64,000 nucleotides of DNA from Candidatus Spongiisociaceae bacterium (GCA_965262915.1 OZ253564.1:288001-352000); one strand, 5' to 3'. Positions 8,217 to 19,506 are shown, counted from the stretch's first letter. Notes: generated from the sequence alone by a model not told the origin. Numbers and translations: made by a program.

Positions 8217-10871
8217 TCATTGGGTGAACAGTTCGCCTTGGGCGGTAGCTTTGCCTGCTTGGGCGGTCGCTTGGCGCGTGAGGCGCTCTTGGCTGGTTGT
8301 TAGCGACTGGTACATGGTGCGCTCTCGGTCGCCCTCGGGCAGCAGTTCGCTCAAGACGCGTGCGAGATCCCAGAATCCGGGAGCGTCGCCGTAGCCGGAC
8401 GCGGCTAGGAGGTCCACGACGTCGGCTGGCCGCCCGGCGTCCCACAGTTGTGCGGCGATGTGCAGCAAGTCGATGATCGGGGCGTCGGGCCTGACACGGA
8501 TGTTTCTTCGCTGGTGCGGTCCGAGCAGGGAGAACTTCTTGCCGGAACGGTGGATCATCCCCCCTGGGTGGGTCGCGTCGTCGAGGCCGACGGAGAAGGC
8601 TCGGGAGAGTTTGATCGCTTCGTCGTCGGGTATGGGAACCGTAAGGTACGCCCAACGCCAGCTCACATAGAGCAGTGACCACTCGTCGAGCATACCGAGG
8701 GCCTCGGGACTCAGCAGTCGTCCCATGGCGTGGCGGGCGACGGTCTTGCGGGCGAGTTCCATCAGATCGCCGACGGACACTTCTGTGCCGTCGAGCCGGA
8801 TCACGCTGCGGTGGCGTGCGAACACCTCGAAGGCCGGCCCGACCGCGGACACGAAGTAGTCGGCGCCGTGCAGGCCCATGTCCTCAAAGGAGTCGAGCCG
8901 CTCATGCACGACCCGGTCGAGTTCCGCGTCGACCTCGTCGTAGAAGGCGTCGCCGGCTTTCCGCAGCGGGCGGCACACGAGCACGACGGAGCTGCCCAGC
9001 GCTGCCCTGACATGAGCGACCGGGCGGCCCACCATCTCGGAGCGGATCGGCCACGACGTTGTGACGCCCAGCCCGGCGACGCGCAACGCCAGCAGCAGCT
9101 TCTCCCAAGCCTTGACGTTGGTGTGGGCAAAGACGATGGCCACGACGCCGTCGGGTTTCACGACGCGGGCCACCTCGGAGAGGGCGTTGCCGAGGCGCCG
9201 GTCGAAGTCCTCTTCGGTTATGTGGCCGCTCATGCCCGGGCGGCACCGGTTCTGCACGACCTCTTGGGCTTTGGGCGTCCAGGGCGTGGCGAAATGCTCG
9301 GGGTACAGGTGCCCGACGCTTCGCTTGAGCCACATATAGAAGAAGTCCGACAGGTCGGAGTACATGACCGAGAAGTAGTAGGGCGGGTCGATGAGCACGG
9401 CGTCGAACTCGCCGTCTGCGAAGGGCATCGCCTGGGCGTTGCCGCGCAGCACTGTCGCGGGCCCGTCACCTGCCTGTGCGCAATGTTCGATGACCTTGCA
9501 GATCGCGGCGACAGCGCCGTTCCAGGATCCTGAGCCGGTGCGGAACGGGTAGTTCTCGCAGAAGTCCCAACGCATCTGCACCGTCTGGCCGGGAAATGTC
9601 CCTCGAATCTTCTCGCCGCCCGTCTGCCAGCTGGAGAAGGCGGAGTTGCGGTCGGCGACCTTGTCGAGAGCGAAGGCCAGATAGGTCGCGACCGCCCTGG
9701 CCCGGTGGGGGTCCATGCCCTCGTCCAGCATGGCGGCATGCGCGTCGCGGATAGCAGCGGCGAGCGTCGCGAACAGCACGAGCTGGCGGTCGGTGAACAC
9801 CGACCGCCACGTCCGGTAACCGTAGGGCAGGAACTGCAGATTCCTGTAGCCGATCTGGTCGACCGCTTCGTCGGGGAGGCGGGAGGTGCCGTCGTCGAAC
9901 TCGGCGCTCTCGAGGGCAGCGGCCTCGGCGCCGGCGAGCACCGGCCCCTCCAGTTCGACGGAGGTCGGGCTGCGATAGGTTCGGATGCGGCCGTTGATGT
10001 CGCACACGGCGTAGAGCCTGTAGCCGAAACCGTTGTCGCGGCCGTGCTGTTTGACGTCTTGCTGGGGTGCTGTGATGCCCGTGATGGGGCAGGTGACGCT
10101 GCCCGCGGACTCGAAGCCCTCCTTGAGGGTCGGATCGTTGGGCAGTTCGCCCTGGTGCACGTCGATGTTGACGCCTTCGGGCCCGGCGGATGTGGTCACC
10201 CAGGCGTTGCGCCGGGCCGACGCGAGGAGACGGGAACTGAGAATAGGGATCTCGGCATCGAGGTTCGGATCCGGGCTCGGCATAGTCCGCACCCAGAAGT
10301 AGTACGGCGCCGGGCCGCTCTGACCCTCTGCGATGGGGTACAGGCGGTCGACGGTTCGGCGTGTTCGCTCCGCCGTCCAGTCCGCCCATCGTTGCACGTC
10401 CACGGCGAGGGCGTTGCGGCCCCTTGTGTCGTTGTCCCGGTACCGTTGCGGGTAGTCGAGGCACGCCAACTCGATGAGGTACGCGACGGGGTTGAGGTCC
10501 ATCGCTGTCGTGTCGCATCCGAGTCGCAGCGCCTCCAGCGGGATCGCGCCGCCGCCGGCGAAGCAGTCAAGCACCTTCGGGCCGCCCGGCGCTGTGGCCC
10601 TGATGCGCTCGCGCAGCCACTTGATCCCTTGATTGTTGGGGAGCTCCTTGGTGGCCATGGCCTGCGCGATCTGCTTCTCGGCCTCGGCTGCGTCGCCGCT
10701 GCTGTCGATCAGAGACGCGGCTGCCACGGCTCTGGCCATGGGCAGGGGCCGACGTGCCCACCAGGTGTGCATCGTGGAGATGTGCCCGTCGTGGGTTCGC
10801 TTGTCGGTGTCGGACGCGTCGTTGATCGCCGGCAGCGGCAGCGTCTCCTCGATCAGCCTCTTTGTGGTCAT
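8217..10871 (-). CDS. DUF1156 DNA amino-methyltransferase
   Basis: MHTWWARRPL, DCFAGGGAIPLEA (motif I), DPPY (motif IV). Confidence 0.92.
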   Translation of the reverse strand: MTTKRLIEETLPLPAINDASDTDKRTHDGHISTMHTWWARRPLPMARAVAAASLIDSSGDAAEAEKQIAQAMATKELPNNQGIKWLRERIRATAPGGPKVLDCFAGGGAIPLEALRLGCDTTAMDLNPVAYLIELACLDYPQRYRDNDTRGRNALAVDVQRWADWTAERTRRTVDRLYPIAEGQSGPAPYYFWVRTMPSPDPNLDAEIPILSSRLLASARRNAWVTTSAGPEGVNIDVHQGELPNDPTLKEGFESAGSVTCPITGITAPQQDVKQHGRDNGFGYRLYAVCDINGRIRTYRSPTSVELEGPVLAGAEAAALESAEFDDGTSRLPDEAVDQIGYRNLQFLPYGYRTWRSVFTDRQLVLFATLAAAIRDAHAAMLDEGMDPHRARAVATYLAFALDKVADRNSAFSSWQTGGEKIRGTFPGQTVQMRWDFCENYPFRTGSGSWNGAVAAICKVIEHCAQAGDGPATVLRGNAQAMPFADGEFDAVLIDPPYYFSVMYSDLSDFFYMWLKRSVGHLYPEHFATPWTPKAQEVVQNRCRPGMSGHITEEDFDRRLGNALSEVARVVKPDGVVAIVFAHTNVKAWEKLLLALRVAGLGVTTSWPIRSEMVGRPVAHVRAALGSSVVLVCRPLRKAGDAFYDEVDAELDRVVHERLDSFEDMGLHGADYFVSAVGPAFEVFARHRSVIRLDGTEVSVGDLMELARKTVARHAMGRLLSPEALGMLDEWSLLYVSWRWAYLTVPIPDDEAIKLSRAFSVGLDDATHPGGMIHRSGKKFSLLGPHQRRNIRVRPDAPIIDLLHIAAQLWDAGRPADVVDLLAASGYGDAPGFWDLARVLSELLPEGDRERTMYQSLTTSQERLTRQATAQAGKATAQGELFTQ

Positions 10872-13800
10872 GGCCGGGCCTCGGATGCGTCGATGACTGG
10901 CTGTGGGGCCACCCGGTAACGCACATCGAGGGTGGACGCCCAGGCATCCGCGAGGGACTTGACCGGGTTCTGGACGCGGTACAGGCGCGGTCGCGGGCTG
11001 GCGCAGTCCAACACGACGTATAGCCAGTAGCCGTCCCCGAGCTCGATTGCCTTGGCAAACTCAGACCAGGTCAACTCGACCGATCCGACGCCGGCTCGTC
11101 CTTTGACCTCGATGCGGCGCCGCTGAACGCCCTTCACCGACACCAGATCGAATCCGACGTTGTCGGATTCGACGGATTGCACCTGCGCGCCGCGCACCTC
11201 GGTCTCGTACCTCACAACGACTCCAACAGCGACCTGCTCGATCTCGCGGTTCGAGTGCATGGCGGCTCCACCGCCAGGGGTCTGTTGATTCTGGTCGGGG
11301 CGACCCGAGGCGTCTGTGGGCAGCAACAGTGCCCTTGCGAAGATCCGCACCGGTCCCCGTCTGACGTTGCGGGCTCGTCGTACCTCGCTCAGCCGGCGGT
11401 TGCGTCGTGTCTCGATCTCCTCTCGGGTCAGTTCAGCCTGACGCAGCCGCCCCTTGGACCCAATAGCGCCCCTTTGGACTTCGGCGTCAAGACCAAACAG
11501 GGTTTCCTGCTGCCGGCTCAACATCACCCTGAACGCATTGGTGAGGTACTCCTCGGCGATGGCGGTAGTGCGTTCGCGCTCTGATCGCGCCCTCTGGTAA
11601 CGACGCTCGAACTCGTGGCCTCGCGCCCATCCGGTAACGACCTCATCGCCCGGGGCCTGCACATGCGGTGTCTCGCCCGTGTGATCGATCAGGTCATAGA
11701 GCAGGATCCGCTCCGAAGCCAGAGTCCCGCCGAGCGGCTCGGTGATCGAGGCGAACGCCCGGTGCACGACCTCGCCGTTGCCGTCGATGCTGTCTCCAGT
11801 GACGAAGTACACGACTGTGGGAGAAGCGATGTCGGATGCGCAGAACGCGGCTCCGGCTTCGACATCGGCGCGGGTCTGTTCGACGACCGCGTCGAGGGCG
11901 GCGTCGAACAGCGGGTGCCCAGGGCCGCACAACTCCGCTTCGGGCGTGGCCGTTGCGGCGGCGTCGCCGGGACGCAGAGCGACAGCCCGGTCAAAGGTGA
12001 GCCGTTCGTAAGTTGGGAAGATCTCGCGAGTGGCGCCAGCCAGCCGCGAGGCGGCTACGAGTTGATCAGGCGTGCGGGTAACTCGAAGGGTGTGGTCGAG
12101 TCTGTGGGCCACGTGTCCGCCGAGGAAGTCCACTGCGTCACGGAAGAACCGCTCGACGTAGCCCGCGGGCAGACGCCGATCAGTGGCTCGCGCCGCGGAG
12201 TCCGCTTGCGCCTGCCAGTTCAGGTGGTGCGTAGCCAGCGCCTTGGCGGTCAGCGTCCGGAACTTCTCCTCTATCTGCGGGTCGATGGTGTCGCCGCCGA
12301 GTTCGTCGATTGCCTGCTGTTGGGTGACTTCCCCCGCGAGGACCTTCTCGATCAGAACGGCGAGGTGCGTACCTGCGAAGATCTCTCCGATCACGTCGAA
12401 CACGCTCTCGCCGAGTGTCTCGGCCATGTTCTCCAGCTTGCGTAGCAACGTCGCCAGCACGGCGCCCTCGCGGGTGTTCATCGCCACGAGGTTGTAGATG
12501 TGCACGTCGCGTGTCTGCCCGATGCGGTGTATGCGGCCCATCCGCTGTTCGAGACGGTTCGGGTTCCATGGGATGTCGTAGTTGACCATCAAGTGGCAGA
12601 ACTGCAGGTTGATGCCTTCTCCCGCTGCTTCTGTGGCGACCATGATCTGTGCCTGTTCGCGGAACTGCTTCTCCGCGGCGATGCGGTTTCGCAGCCTCAG
12701 CCCGCCGTGGATGACCGCCACCTCAAAGCCCTCAACGTCGAGCCTCTCGGTAAGAAAGTCAAGGGTGTCTTTGTGTTCGGTGAAGATGAGCAGCTTGACG
12801 GAACGGTCCTGACGGAGGCCTAGCTTGTCGAGGACACTGAGCAACTCGTTCAGTTTGATTTCGGTGCCTGCCGCCTCGGTCTGCTCGGCCTGTGCCAGCA
12901 GGGGCCGCAACACTTCGAGTTCGTCCCGCAACTCCTCCACCGTGCTGGGCAGCCATTCCTCGAGGGCTCGCTCCTCCAAGTCCCACCTCTCTTGCTCGGC
13001 GAGGTCGGCCAGTGCCTCCGAGTCGCCTCCATAAACCTGTAAAATGAAGTCCCTGAGGTTCCGCACGTATGTCTCGGGATCATCCAGCGCCCGCTCGAGG
13101 CGGGCGATACGACGTTGCAGGGTCCGCTTGATTGCCCGCACCGACGACGCCAGACGGCGCTGCATGATTGTGAGCGCGAATCCGGCCACCCCTCGAGTCG
13201 CGTTGCCGCGGATGCGGGCCAGTTCCGTGGACACGAATCGGGTCACCGCCTCATACAAATCCAGCTCAGCACCGGACAACGAATAACTGACTGTGTGGGG
13301 ATGGCGAGGCTTGAACAGCTTGTTGCCCGCCATGTCCACCATCTGCTCTTTGGGGACCTTCCGATAGTGCTGAGGGCTCAAGTCGATCGGGCCGGTCGGG
13401 CAGACATCTCCGTAGGCGTCACGGTCCACGAGGCGCAGCAGCCCCCACAGCGACGAGTTGCGCCCCGAATGCGGGGTAGCCGTCAGACAGATCAACCGGT
13501 GCGTTCTCTCAGCCACCTGCTCCGCTGCTTGGTAGCGGTCGCTGCGCTTGTTCACCCGCCCATCAGCGCCCACCTGCAGCGTGTAGCCGTGAGCCTCGTC
13601 CAGAATCGCCAGGTCCCAGCGCTTGTCAGCTGCACAGAATGCGGCCAAGACCTCCTCGCGCTTGAGCCAATCACGCGACACGATCACGAAGTCGTGCAGA
13701 TCCCAGGGATTTTGGGTCGGGTTCGCGTCGAACGTCGAAGCATCGAACTGTACGCAGTGGATATCGAAGCGCTCAGCTAGCTCGCGCTGCCACTGAGGGC

Positions 13801-14302
13801 GAAGATTCGCAGGCGTCACGATAAGCACCCGATCCGCGGCGCGGCGCAGCATCAACTCCTTGATGAACAGACCGGCCATGATCGTCTTGCCCGAGCCCGG
13901 GTCGTCTGCCAGCAGAAAGCGCAGAACGGGCTCCTCCAAGAACACCCCATAGACAGCGTCAAGTTGATGAGGCAGCGGAGATATCCGCGACACCGCCAAC
14001 CCCGGCATATCGTGACGGAAGGCGTTCTCGATCCGCCACGCCTCAACACCGAGACGGAACCGGCGCGGGTCGCCGTCAAACAACGGGCCCGTCGCCGAGC
14101 CGATGATCTCGATCCCGGCAAGCTCGTCCTCAGGAAGCGTCACCTCCCCGAAACCGCCCGACAGGCCGCGGAACACGAACTCCCAGAACGGGCCCTGCCG
14201 AACGCTGACCAGCGTCACAGCAGCCTCATCACCCGGAAAACGCACACGCGCGTCGGGCGTTAGCCGCAAGGGGTCAAACATCCCCAGAGTATGACATAGC
14301 AC
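10868..14302 (-). CDS. SNF2-family helicase with C-terminal DUF3883 nuclease domain
   Basis: LLADDPGSGKT, DEAH, LTATPH, QRMGRIHR; C-terminal GFDL..IEVKGR PD-(D/E)xK motif. Confidence 0.92.
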   Translation of the reverse strand: MLCHTLGMFDPLRLTPDARVRFPGDEAAVTLVSVRQGPFWEFVFRGLSGGFGEVTLPEDELAGIEIIGSATGPLFDGDPRRFRLGVEAWRIENAFRHDMPGLAVSRISPLPHQLDAVYGVFLEEPVLRFLLADDPGSGKTIMAGLFIKELMLRRAADRVLIVTPANLRPQWQRELAERFDIHCVQFDASTFDANPTQNPWDLHDFVIVSRDWLKREEVLAAFCAADKRWDLAILDEAHGYTLQVGADGRVNKRSDRYQAAEQVAERTHRLICLTATPHSGRNSSLWGLLRLVDRDAYGDVCPTGPIDLSPQHYRKVPKEQMVDMAGNKLFKPRHPHTVSYSLSGAELDLYEAVTRFVSTELARIRGNATRGVAGFALTIMQRRLASSVRAIKRTLQRRIARLERALDDPETYVRNLRDFILQVYGGDSEALADLAEQERWDLEERALEEWLPSTVEELRDELEVLRPLLAQAEQTEAAGTEIKLNELLSVLDKLGLRQDRSVKLLIFTEHKDTLDFLTERLDVEGFEVAVIHGGLRLRNRIAAEKQFREQAQIMVATEAAGEGINLQFCHLMVNYDIPWNPNRLEQRMGRIHRIGQTRDVHIYNLVAMNTREGAVLATLLRKLENMAETLGESVFDVIGEIFAGTHLAVLIEKVLAGEVTQQQAIDELGGDTIDPQIEEKFRTLTAKALATHHLNWQAQADSAARATDRRLPAGYVERFFRDAVDFLGGHVAHRLDHTLRVTRTPDQLVAASRLAGATREIFPTYERLTFDRAVALRPGDAAATATPEAELCGPGHPLFDAALDAVVEQTRADVEAGAAFCASDIASPTVVYFVTGDSIDGNGEVVHRAFASITEPLGGTLASERILLYDLIDHTGETPHVQAPGDEVVTGWARGHEFERRYQRARSERERTTAIAEEYLTNAFRVMLSRQQETLFGLDAEVQRGAIGSKGRLRQAELTREEIETRRNRRLSEVRRARNVRRGPVRIFARALLLPTDASGRPDQNQQTPGGGAAMHSNREIEQVAVGVVVRYETEVRGAQVQSVESDNVGFDLVSVKGVQRRRIEVKGRAGVGSVELTWSEFAKAIELGDGYWLYVVLDCASPRPRLYRVQNPVKSLADAWASTLDVRYRVAPQPVIDASEARP

Positions 14303-14770
14303 CCTCCGGTCCCCGTCGCCTGTATGCCGAAGCGTTGTCCGTCAGTTCGTATCCCATGATCGAACACGAGCAAGACGGATCGTGGGCTAGGCGTCCTTGC
14401 GGACATCCTTCACCTTAACGTCCGGACTTGCGATTTCCTGGGGGCGGCGGAGGCCTCTTTCGGAAGGCCGAATCAGGTGCCCTCCGATGGACCGTGGTAC
14501 TAAACGTGGGACTCCACCACTTGGCTGCCGCCTGCCACAGCCGATCACCTGGCTGTTCGCCGCTGTGGGCAGCGGAGGACCCGACCCTTCCGCTGCGGGG
14601 CTCAGGAGGTGATAGAGAGGTAGGACCGGGCGTCTTACAGCGACCAGCGCCATAGCGCCCCGTCCAGGTCTGTACCGGCGTGGTGATGATCCCGTGTTCG
14701 GTGTGTAGTCCGCCCGGCGGCGGGCCCTATAGTGCCCGAGGGCGTCCCATGCGACTGAACGGAGTGGCCA

Positions 14771-15928
14771 GTGAAGAACCGACCACCAAACGTCTTCGTG
14801 AGTTCGACCATGTACGACCTCAACCATCTCCGCTCGCAGCTTCGCCGATTCATAGAGGGACTCGGTTGGATCGCCGTGATGGCCGAGCACGGCTCGTTCG
14901 CGATCGACGCGAACCAGACGACGGTCAACAACAGCCTGAGGAACGTCCGCGAGAACGCCGATATCTTCGTGATGGTTGTCGGCGCGCGGTACGGTTCGGT
15001 CGACCCCGATACCGACAAGTCCGTAACCAACCTCGAATTCCTTGAAGCCCGAGCACGGGGCGTACCCACGTACGTCTTCGTCGACAGCGCCGTTCTTGCA
15101 CAGTTGAGTGTGTGGCGGAGCAACCCCGACGCCGACTACTCAGGCGTCGTCGACACGCCGCGCGTGCTCGAGTTCATAGATTCGTTCCGCGGGAGTGGCG
15201 ACGTCTGGACATTCCCATTCGCTATCACCGAGGACATCGTGGACACCTTGCGCAAGCAGTTCGCATACCTCGTGCAAGACGCCCTCGCTCTCCGTCAGAT
15301 GGCACATGGCCACGACCGTCTCCTAGAGGAGCTCGCCGGCGATGCTCTGCTAGTGGCGCTTCGACGCGACCCACAATGGGAACTCAGGCTCTTTGGAACA
15401 GTCCTCGAAGCAGAGCTGGACCGTCGAGCACCGCTACGCCGCGAGATCGAGTACCGGTTCGCTCAAGCCGACGTGACCCACATCAACCTAGACGATTTCG
15501 GACCGTGGGCACAGGATAGACTGCACGAACTCGGTGGGTACACGAGCACAGCGACGGCCATCGTCAACGACTACCTCCCACAGGCGATAGGGGATAAGGG
15601 GGTGCCAGGAGACCCGATCGAGACCGCCGCCGCTGCGCGTCGCCTCGCCCAGGTCTGGGAGGACAGCGCCCGCTGGACATTGCGCTGCCGCGCGGTTCGC
15701 GTCGACCCTGGTGCGGAACGTGTCGTTGATCTGCTGTCAACCATGAACGCCAACGTGCTCGACGAGATCTGGGAGTTTGGGCACAGAATCACCCCATTCT
15801 TCGATGAAGGCATCCCGGAATACACGGGTGACGGCCCCCGAGTCTTCGAGATACCTCTTACGCTCACCGTTGATGTCGACGAATTCACCGAGGAACTAGC
15901 CCGGTTCCGGCAAAGTCTGGTCCCATAG
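14771..15928 (+). CDS. DUF4062 (TIR/NDT-like) domain protein
   Basis: VFVSSTMYDL...ADIFVMVVGARYGS...SVTNLEFLEA pattern. Confidence 0.85.
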   Translation: MKNRPPNVFVSSTMYDLNHLRSQLRRFIEGLGWIAVMAEHGSFAIDANQTTVNNSLRNVRENADIFVMVVGARYGSVDPDTDKSVTNLEFLEARARGVPTYVFVDSAVLAQLSVWRSNPDADYSGVVDTPRVLEFIDSFRGSGDVWTFPFAITEDIVDTLRKQFAYLVQDALALRQMAHGHDRLLEELAGDALLVALRRDPQWELRLFGTVLEAELDRRAPLRREIEYRFAQADVTHINLDDFGPWAQDRLHELGGYTSTATAIVNDYLPQAIGDKGVPGDPIETAAAARRLAQVWEDSARWTLRCRAVRVDPGAERVVDLLSTMNANVLDEIWEFGHRITPFFDEGIPEYTGDGPRVFEIPLTLTVDVDEFTEELARFRQSLVP

Positions 15929-16279
15929 CCGCCAGGCCCCCTCCCACAGCTTTCCAACGGTTCCCTGTCTGGGTTTCTTTGTGCAAACCGGCGTCCGTGG
16001 GGTGGCCTCAGGTCGTGGGCGGGTTCTCCCGGCCCGCAGGGCGGCTCCTAGGCCTTTGGGTTGTATTGGTTAACGATCCTAGGGCCGGTTTCTGAGTGTT
16101 ACAGCCCGAAACCCTTCGAGGGGTTTCGGGGCCACGGTGTGCTGTGGGGAACCGGTTACCTGACTGTTCATCGGGCGGCAACGGAGCACCCTTCCGCTGT
16201 GGACCTTTTGGGAAGGGATGCGGAGCCGTGGAACCAACCGCCGGTCCTCAACAAACCGCAAAGCGGCCTATTCCCTCCG

Positions 16280-16753
16280 TTATGGATTGACGAACCAGCC
16301 TTCGACGATGCCCCAGTCCTCCGCTCCGAAGTTCTGGCCAGGACCAGTTGTGGGCGGTATGTCGCATATCTTCGATCCGTTGGTTGACCACACTACGGTG
16401 CCATCAGTATCTCGGCAGTGACGCTCCTTCTCTGACACCTGCGGCACGGCGGCCCATTCGTCAACGGCGAAGTCCTCCGGGCCGAATAGCTCGCCTTCTG
16501 ATGTCTTTGGGTGACGATCGCACACCCGTCCCCCGGTCGTCGATAGTTCGATGGAGCCGTTCAAGGTGGCGCATTGAACTTCTGCGGGTGACGGCTCGAA
16601 CACCCCTGTGTGGCGTATCAACACGTATAGGATTCCGACGAGAACGACAAGTATCCCGAGGAGTACCAGCGTTGTGCCGGTGCCGAGTGTGATAGTGGTG
16701 GGACTGTCGGGTTGCTTGTCGAGCATCAGGTTGGGCGTAAGGTCGTCGGCCAT
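16280..16753 (-). CDS. Single-TM protein with a duplicated Cys-pair domain
   Basis: Hydrophobic segment followed by two similar ~35 aa C-x16-C repeats. Confidence 0.7.
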   Translation of the reverse strand: MADDLTPNLMLDKQPDSPTTITLGTGTTLVLLGILVVLVGILYVLIRHTGVFEPSPAEVQCATLNGSIELSTTGGRVCDRHPKTSEGELFGPEDFAVDEWAAVPQVSEKERHCRDTDGTVVWSTNGSKICDIPPTTGPGQNFGAEDWGIVEGWFVNP

Positions 16754-16891
16754 GTTTCATGGTCCCTTCGGTTGTGAGCCTACACGATAGGCATGGCTGG
16801 TGAGAGGGTCACAACGTGCTGGGAAGCTGGTACCTGGCTGCTTGCCGGGCGGTAGTTAACGGACAACCCCACCGCCGCTCGGCGACGGTTG

Positions 16892-17341
16892 CTATGGGGT
16901 CGTTAGCGACCTGATCAAGTCGCGTGCTGCTGCCGCTCCCTCTTTGTAGACCGTTTCCTGGGCATCATCGAGGCTCGTTTTACCTTCGCCGGCTTGGTGG
17001 AGTTGATGGGCGAGAAGCTGGGCTTGGGCGGAGTACCAGTCCAGGGCTGCGTCTATGGCTTCTTCGCGGGTGTGGTGGTTGCCTAGGCCGACGCGTTGCC
17101 CAGAGACAGCGTGGGTAGCTTCTCCCCAGATATCCCATCCCCGAGACCTTCCCCGCTTTTTCATTGTCGCAACTGGGGATAGTCCAATGCCGGGCAATCC
17201 GAGTAACGGCCCGACGGGGTAGACCTTCTGTCCCTGCTTCTTCATAGTGATGTCAAGCTGATGCCACAACTCGAACTGACGCCGCCTCCTGCGTCGTAAG
17301 GTCAGCATCTCGGCATAGTCCGGTATATCTGAGTCGGCCAC
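16892..17341 (-). CDS. Hypothetical protein
   Basis: AAGGAGGT RBS before the GTG start; protein-like composition. Confidence 0.65.
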   Translation of the reverse strand: MADSDIPDYAEMLTLRRRRRRQFELWHQLDITMKKQGQKVYPVGPLLGLPGIGLSPVATMKKRGRSRGWDIWGEATHAVSGQRVGLGNHHTREEAIDAALDWYSAQAQLLAHQLHQAGEGKTSLDDAQETVYKEGAAAARDLIRSLTTP

Positions 17342-17460
17342 GACGAACCTCCTTTACGGTCGAAGGATCCTGCGAAGCAGAACACGCCGCGAGGTTCCAG
17401 ACGATGGTGTGGACGATACCGAGGATGAGGCGGGGCGTTTACGCTGGACAGTCACCCTCT

Positions 17461-17859
17461 CTAGGTGTCGTAGACGGTGCTGATGGCGGTTTCGTGCTGA
17501 GGACACCAGAAGAAAGCCAGGTGGAAGGCGTCCACCAGATCCCAGGCCTGGATCCTCAGATTGGGGGGAGCCTCCTCATCCTGTGACAGGATGATCAACT
17601 CGAATAGCAGCGCCCTGGCATGGTTCAGGGGATAGTCAGGCTGCGCGGCCTCCCGCCTGTCGAGCTCCTCACAGATGACGCGGGCAGCTTGAGCCACATC
17701 GAAAAGAGTCAGGTCAGTGCCCCCAGTCCGGTTGATGTCAGCAATGATCTCCTCCACCAGAGCATTACGGGCCAACGGGTCCTGTTTCCAGGCGTCCGGA
17801 TCACCGCAGCTGGTGAGGGTGAGGACGCCGACCAGGACCAGGGTGATTAGTCGGAACAT
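17461..17859 (-). CDS. Putative lipoprotein
   Basis: Signal peptide with lipobox LTSC. Confidence 0.72.
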   Translation of the reverse strand: MFRLITLVLVGVLTLTSCGDPDAWKQDPLARNALVEEIIADINRTGGTDLTLFDVAQAARVICEELDRREAAQPDYPLNHARALLFELIILSQDEEAPPNLRIQAWDLVDAFHLAFFWCPQHETAISTVYDT

Positions 17860-18069
17860 GCGTAGCAGGTTACCCCCCAGCGTTCCAGGTCCCGTCGGTC
17901 CACACAGTTACCAAACGCTCTGACTGCGTAGAGGAACAGAAACCACACCAGTGAGTCCGTCCGTTGCCCTCCCCATGCCGACCAGCACCAACACCCGAGG
18001 TTGAGGCTCAGGATCCCACGATTCGTACCACCATCAGAGCGGCTCAAACGGTTGAGTTTACAGCAAAGC

Positions 18070-19506
18070 GGCTCATCGATTTCAGTGGGGAGTGACCGAT
18101 GCGAGGAGGTCCCAGTTGGGTTTCCCCGCGTAGAGGAGGGCCCGGATTCGGTAGTTCGCGAAGTTGGGTAACCCGAACGCGATGCGTTTGATCCGTTTGA
18201 TGAGGTTGTTGAGGGCTTCGGTGGCATCTGTTGGTTACCTTGGGTGATGTGCCAGTTGGTGATCTGGGGGGTCCAGCGGGCGATGGTGCGACCTAGCTTG
18301 TTGATCTCCGGTGGGCAGGATTCGTCCTGGAGGTCGTCTGCGAGCTGGAGGGTGTATCGGAGAGCAAGGACCGGACTTTCGATCCCGTAGATGCCCCGTA
18401 CCGTTTCCTTCGCGTGCCAGGCGGTGCGTACCTCCCCGTAGGGGTCACCGGCATCGAGGAGACCACGCAGCCGGGTTTGACCGCGGTCGCTGATCCTCTC
18501 GGAAGCGGCGGTTAGGAGCCGCCGTATCCGATACAGCGGGTCATCCTTGCGGCCTCTGTGTCCCAGGGTTTCGTTCTGGACTCTTCGTCGTAGGTCGTCG
18601 AGTCGCTGGTTGGCCAAGCGGATGACGTGGAAGGGGTCTGCTACCTGCACAGCGTTGGGGAGCACCCGGTTATACGCCTTCCGATAAGGCCCTGACATGT
18701 CCGACACCGCCCAGCGGATCCCGTCGAGCCACTCGGGGGGCTGGGATCGGAACCAGGCTGCGGCGCTATCAGCCGTTCTACCACCGACTATGTCGAACCG
18801 GCTGGTGGCCCCCCACGTCGACGACAGAAGTGCACCAAACCTTGGTTCGCCACCGGCCTTTCCGCCAGAACAACGACTCTTGTCGATGCCCACAGCTCCG
18901 ACCTCGCCTATCCGATCGGTGTCGGCCCCCAGGAGGGCTTCGCCCCAGCGGACGACCTCGTTGTTCACCGTATGCCAATCACAACCAAGCTCCGCGGCGA
19001 CCTCGTCGACCGGACGGCCCCGCCCACCCACCCCGACGGTCACCCACCGGGCCGCTCGGGATGTCAACAACGCCCGTTGGGGACCAATCGTGGGGTCTTG
19101 CTCGATGAACGACCTGATCGCACAGTCGGTGTTCGGGCACGTCCACCGCCGTTTCCGCCACCGCAGCCGAACCGGACGGCCGAACGCCGGTAAATCCACC
19201 AACACAACCGTTCTGTGACCCTTCGACCACACCGGGCCGCCACAGGACTCACACAACGGGCGGGCCTTGCGGGACCCGATCACCACCCCAAGCGGTGCAC
19301 CCTCGCCCGGGTCGTTGATCCCTACCAGATCAACGTCGCCCAGGCCTACCAACTTCTCGCACATGCGCGTAGGATCAGCTTCCACAGGGGTCCTCCTGCC
19401 TCGGATGTCATTGCTGAAGTCCGATTATGGAGGACCCCCCATCACTTCTGGTGGATTACCACTCCCCCTAGCAGATCCCCGACTCCCCACTCATTTCCGA
19501 AGAGCC
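18070..19506 (-). mobile_element. ISL3 family IS, copy 1 (frameshifted transposase)
   Basis: GGCTC...GAGCC ends; near-duplicated flanks CAGCAAAGC / CACAAAGC; homologous to 23358-24790. Confidence 0.92.

Noticed and set aside
17847-19385. 512-aa ISL3 transposase with a novel C-terminus
   Set aside because: The extension is frameshift read-through past the IS end
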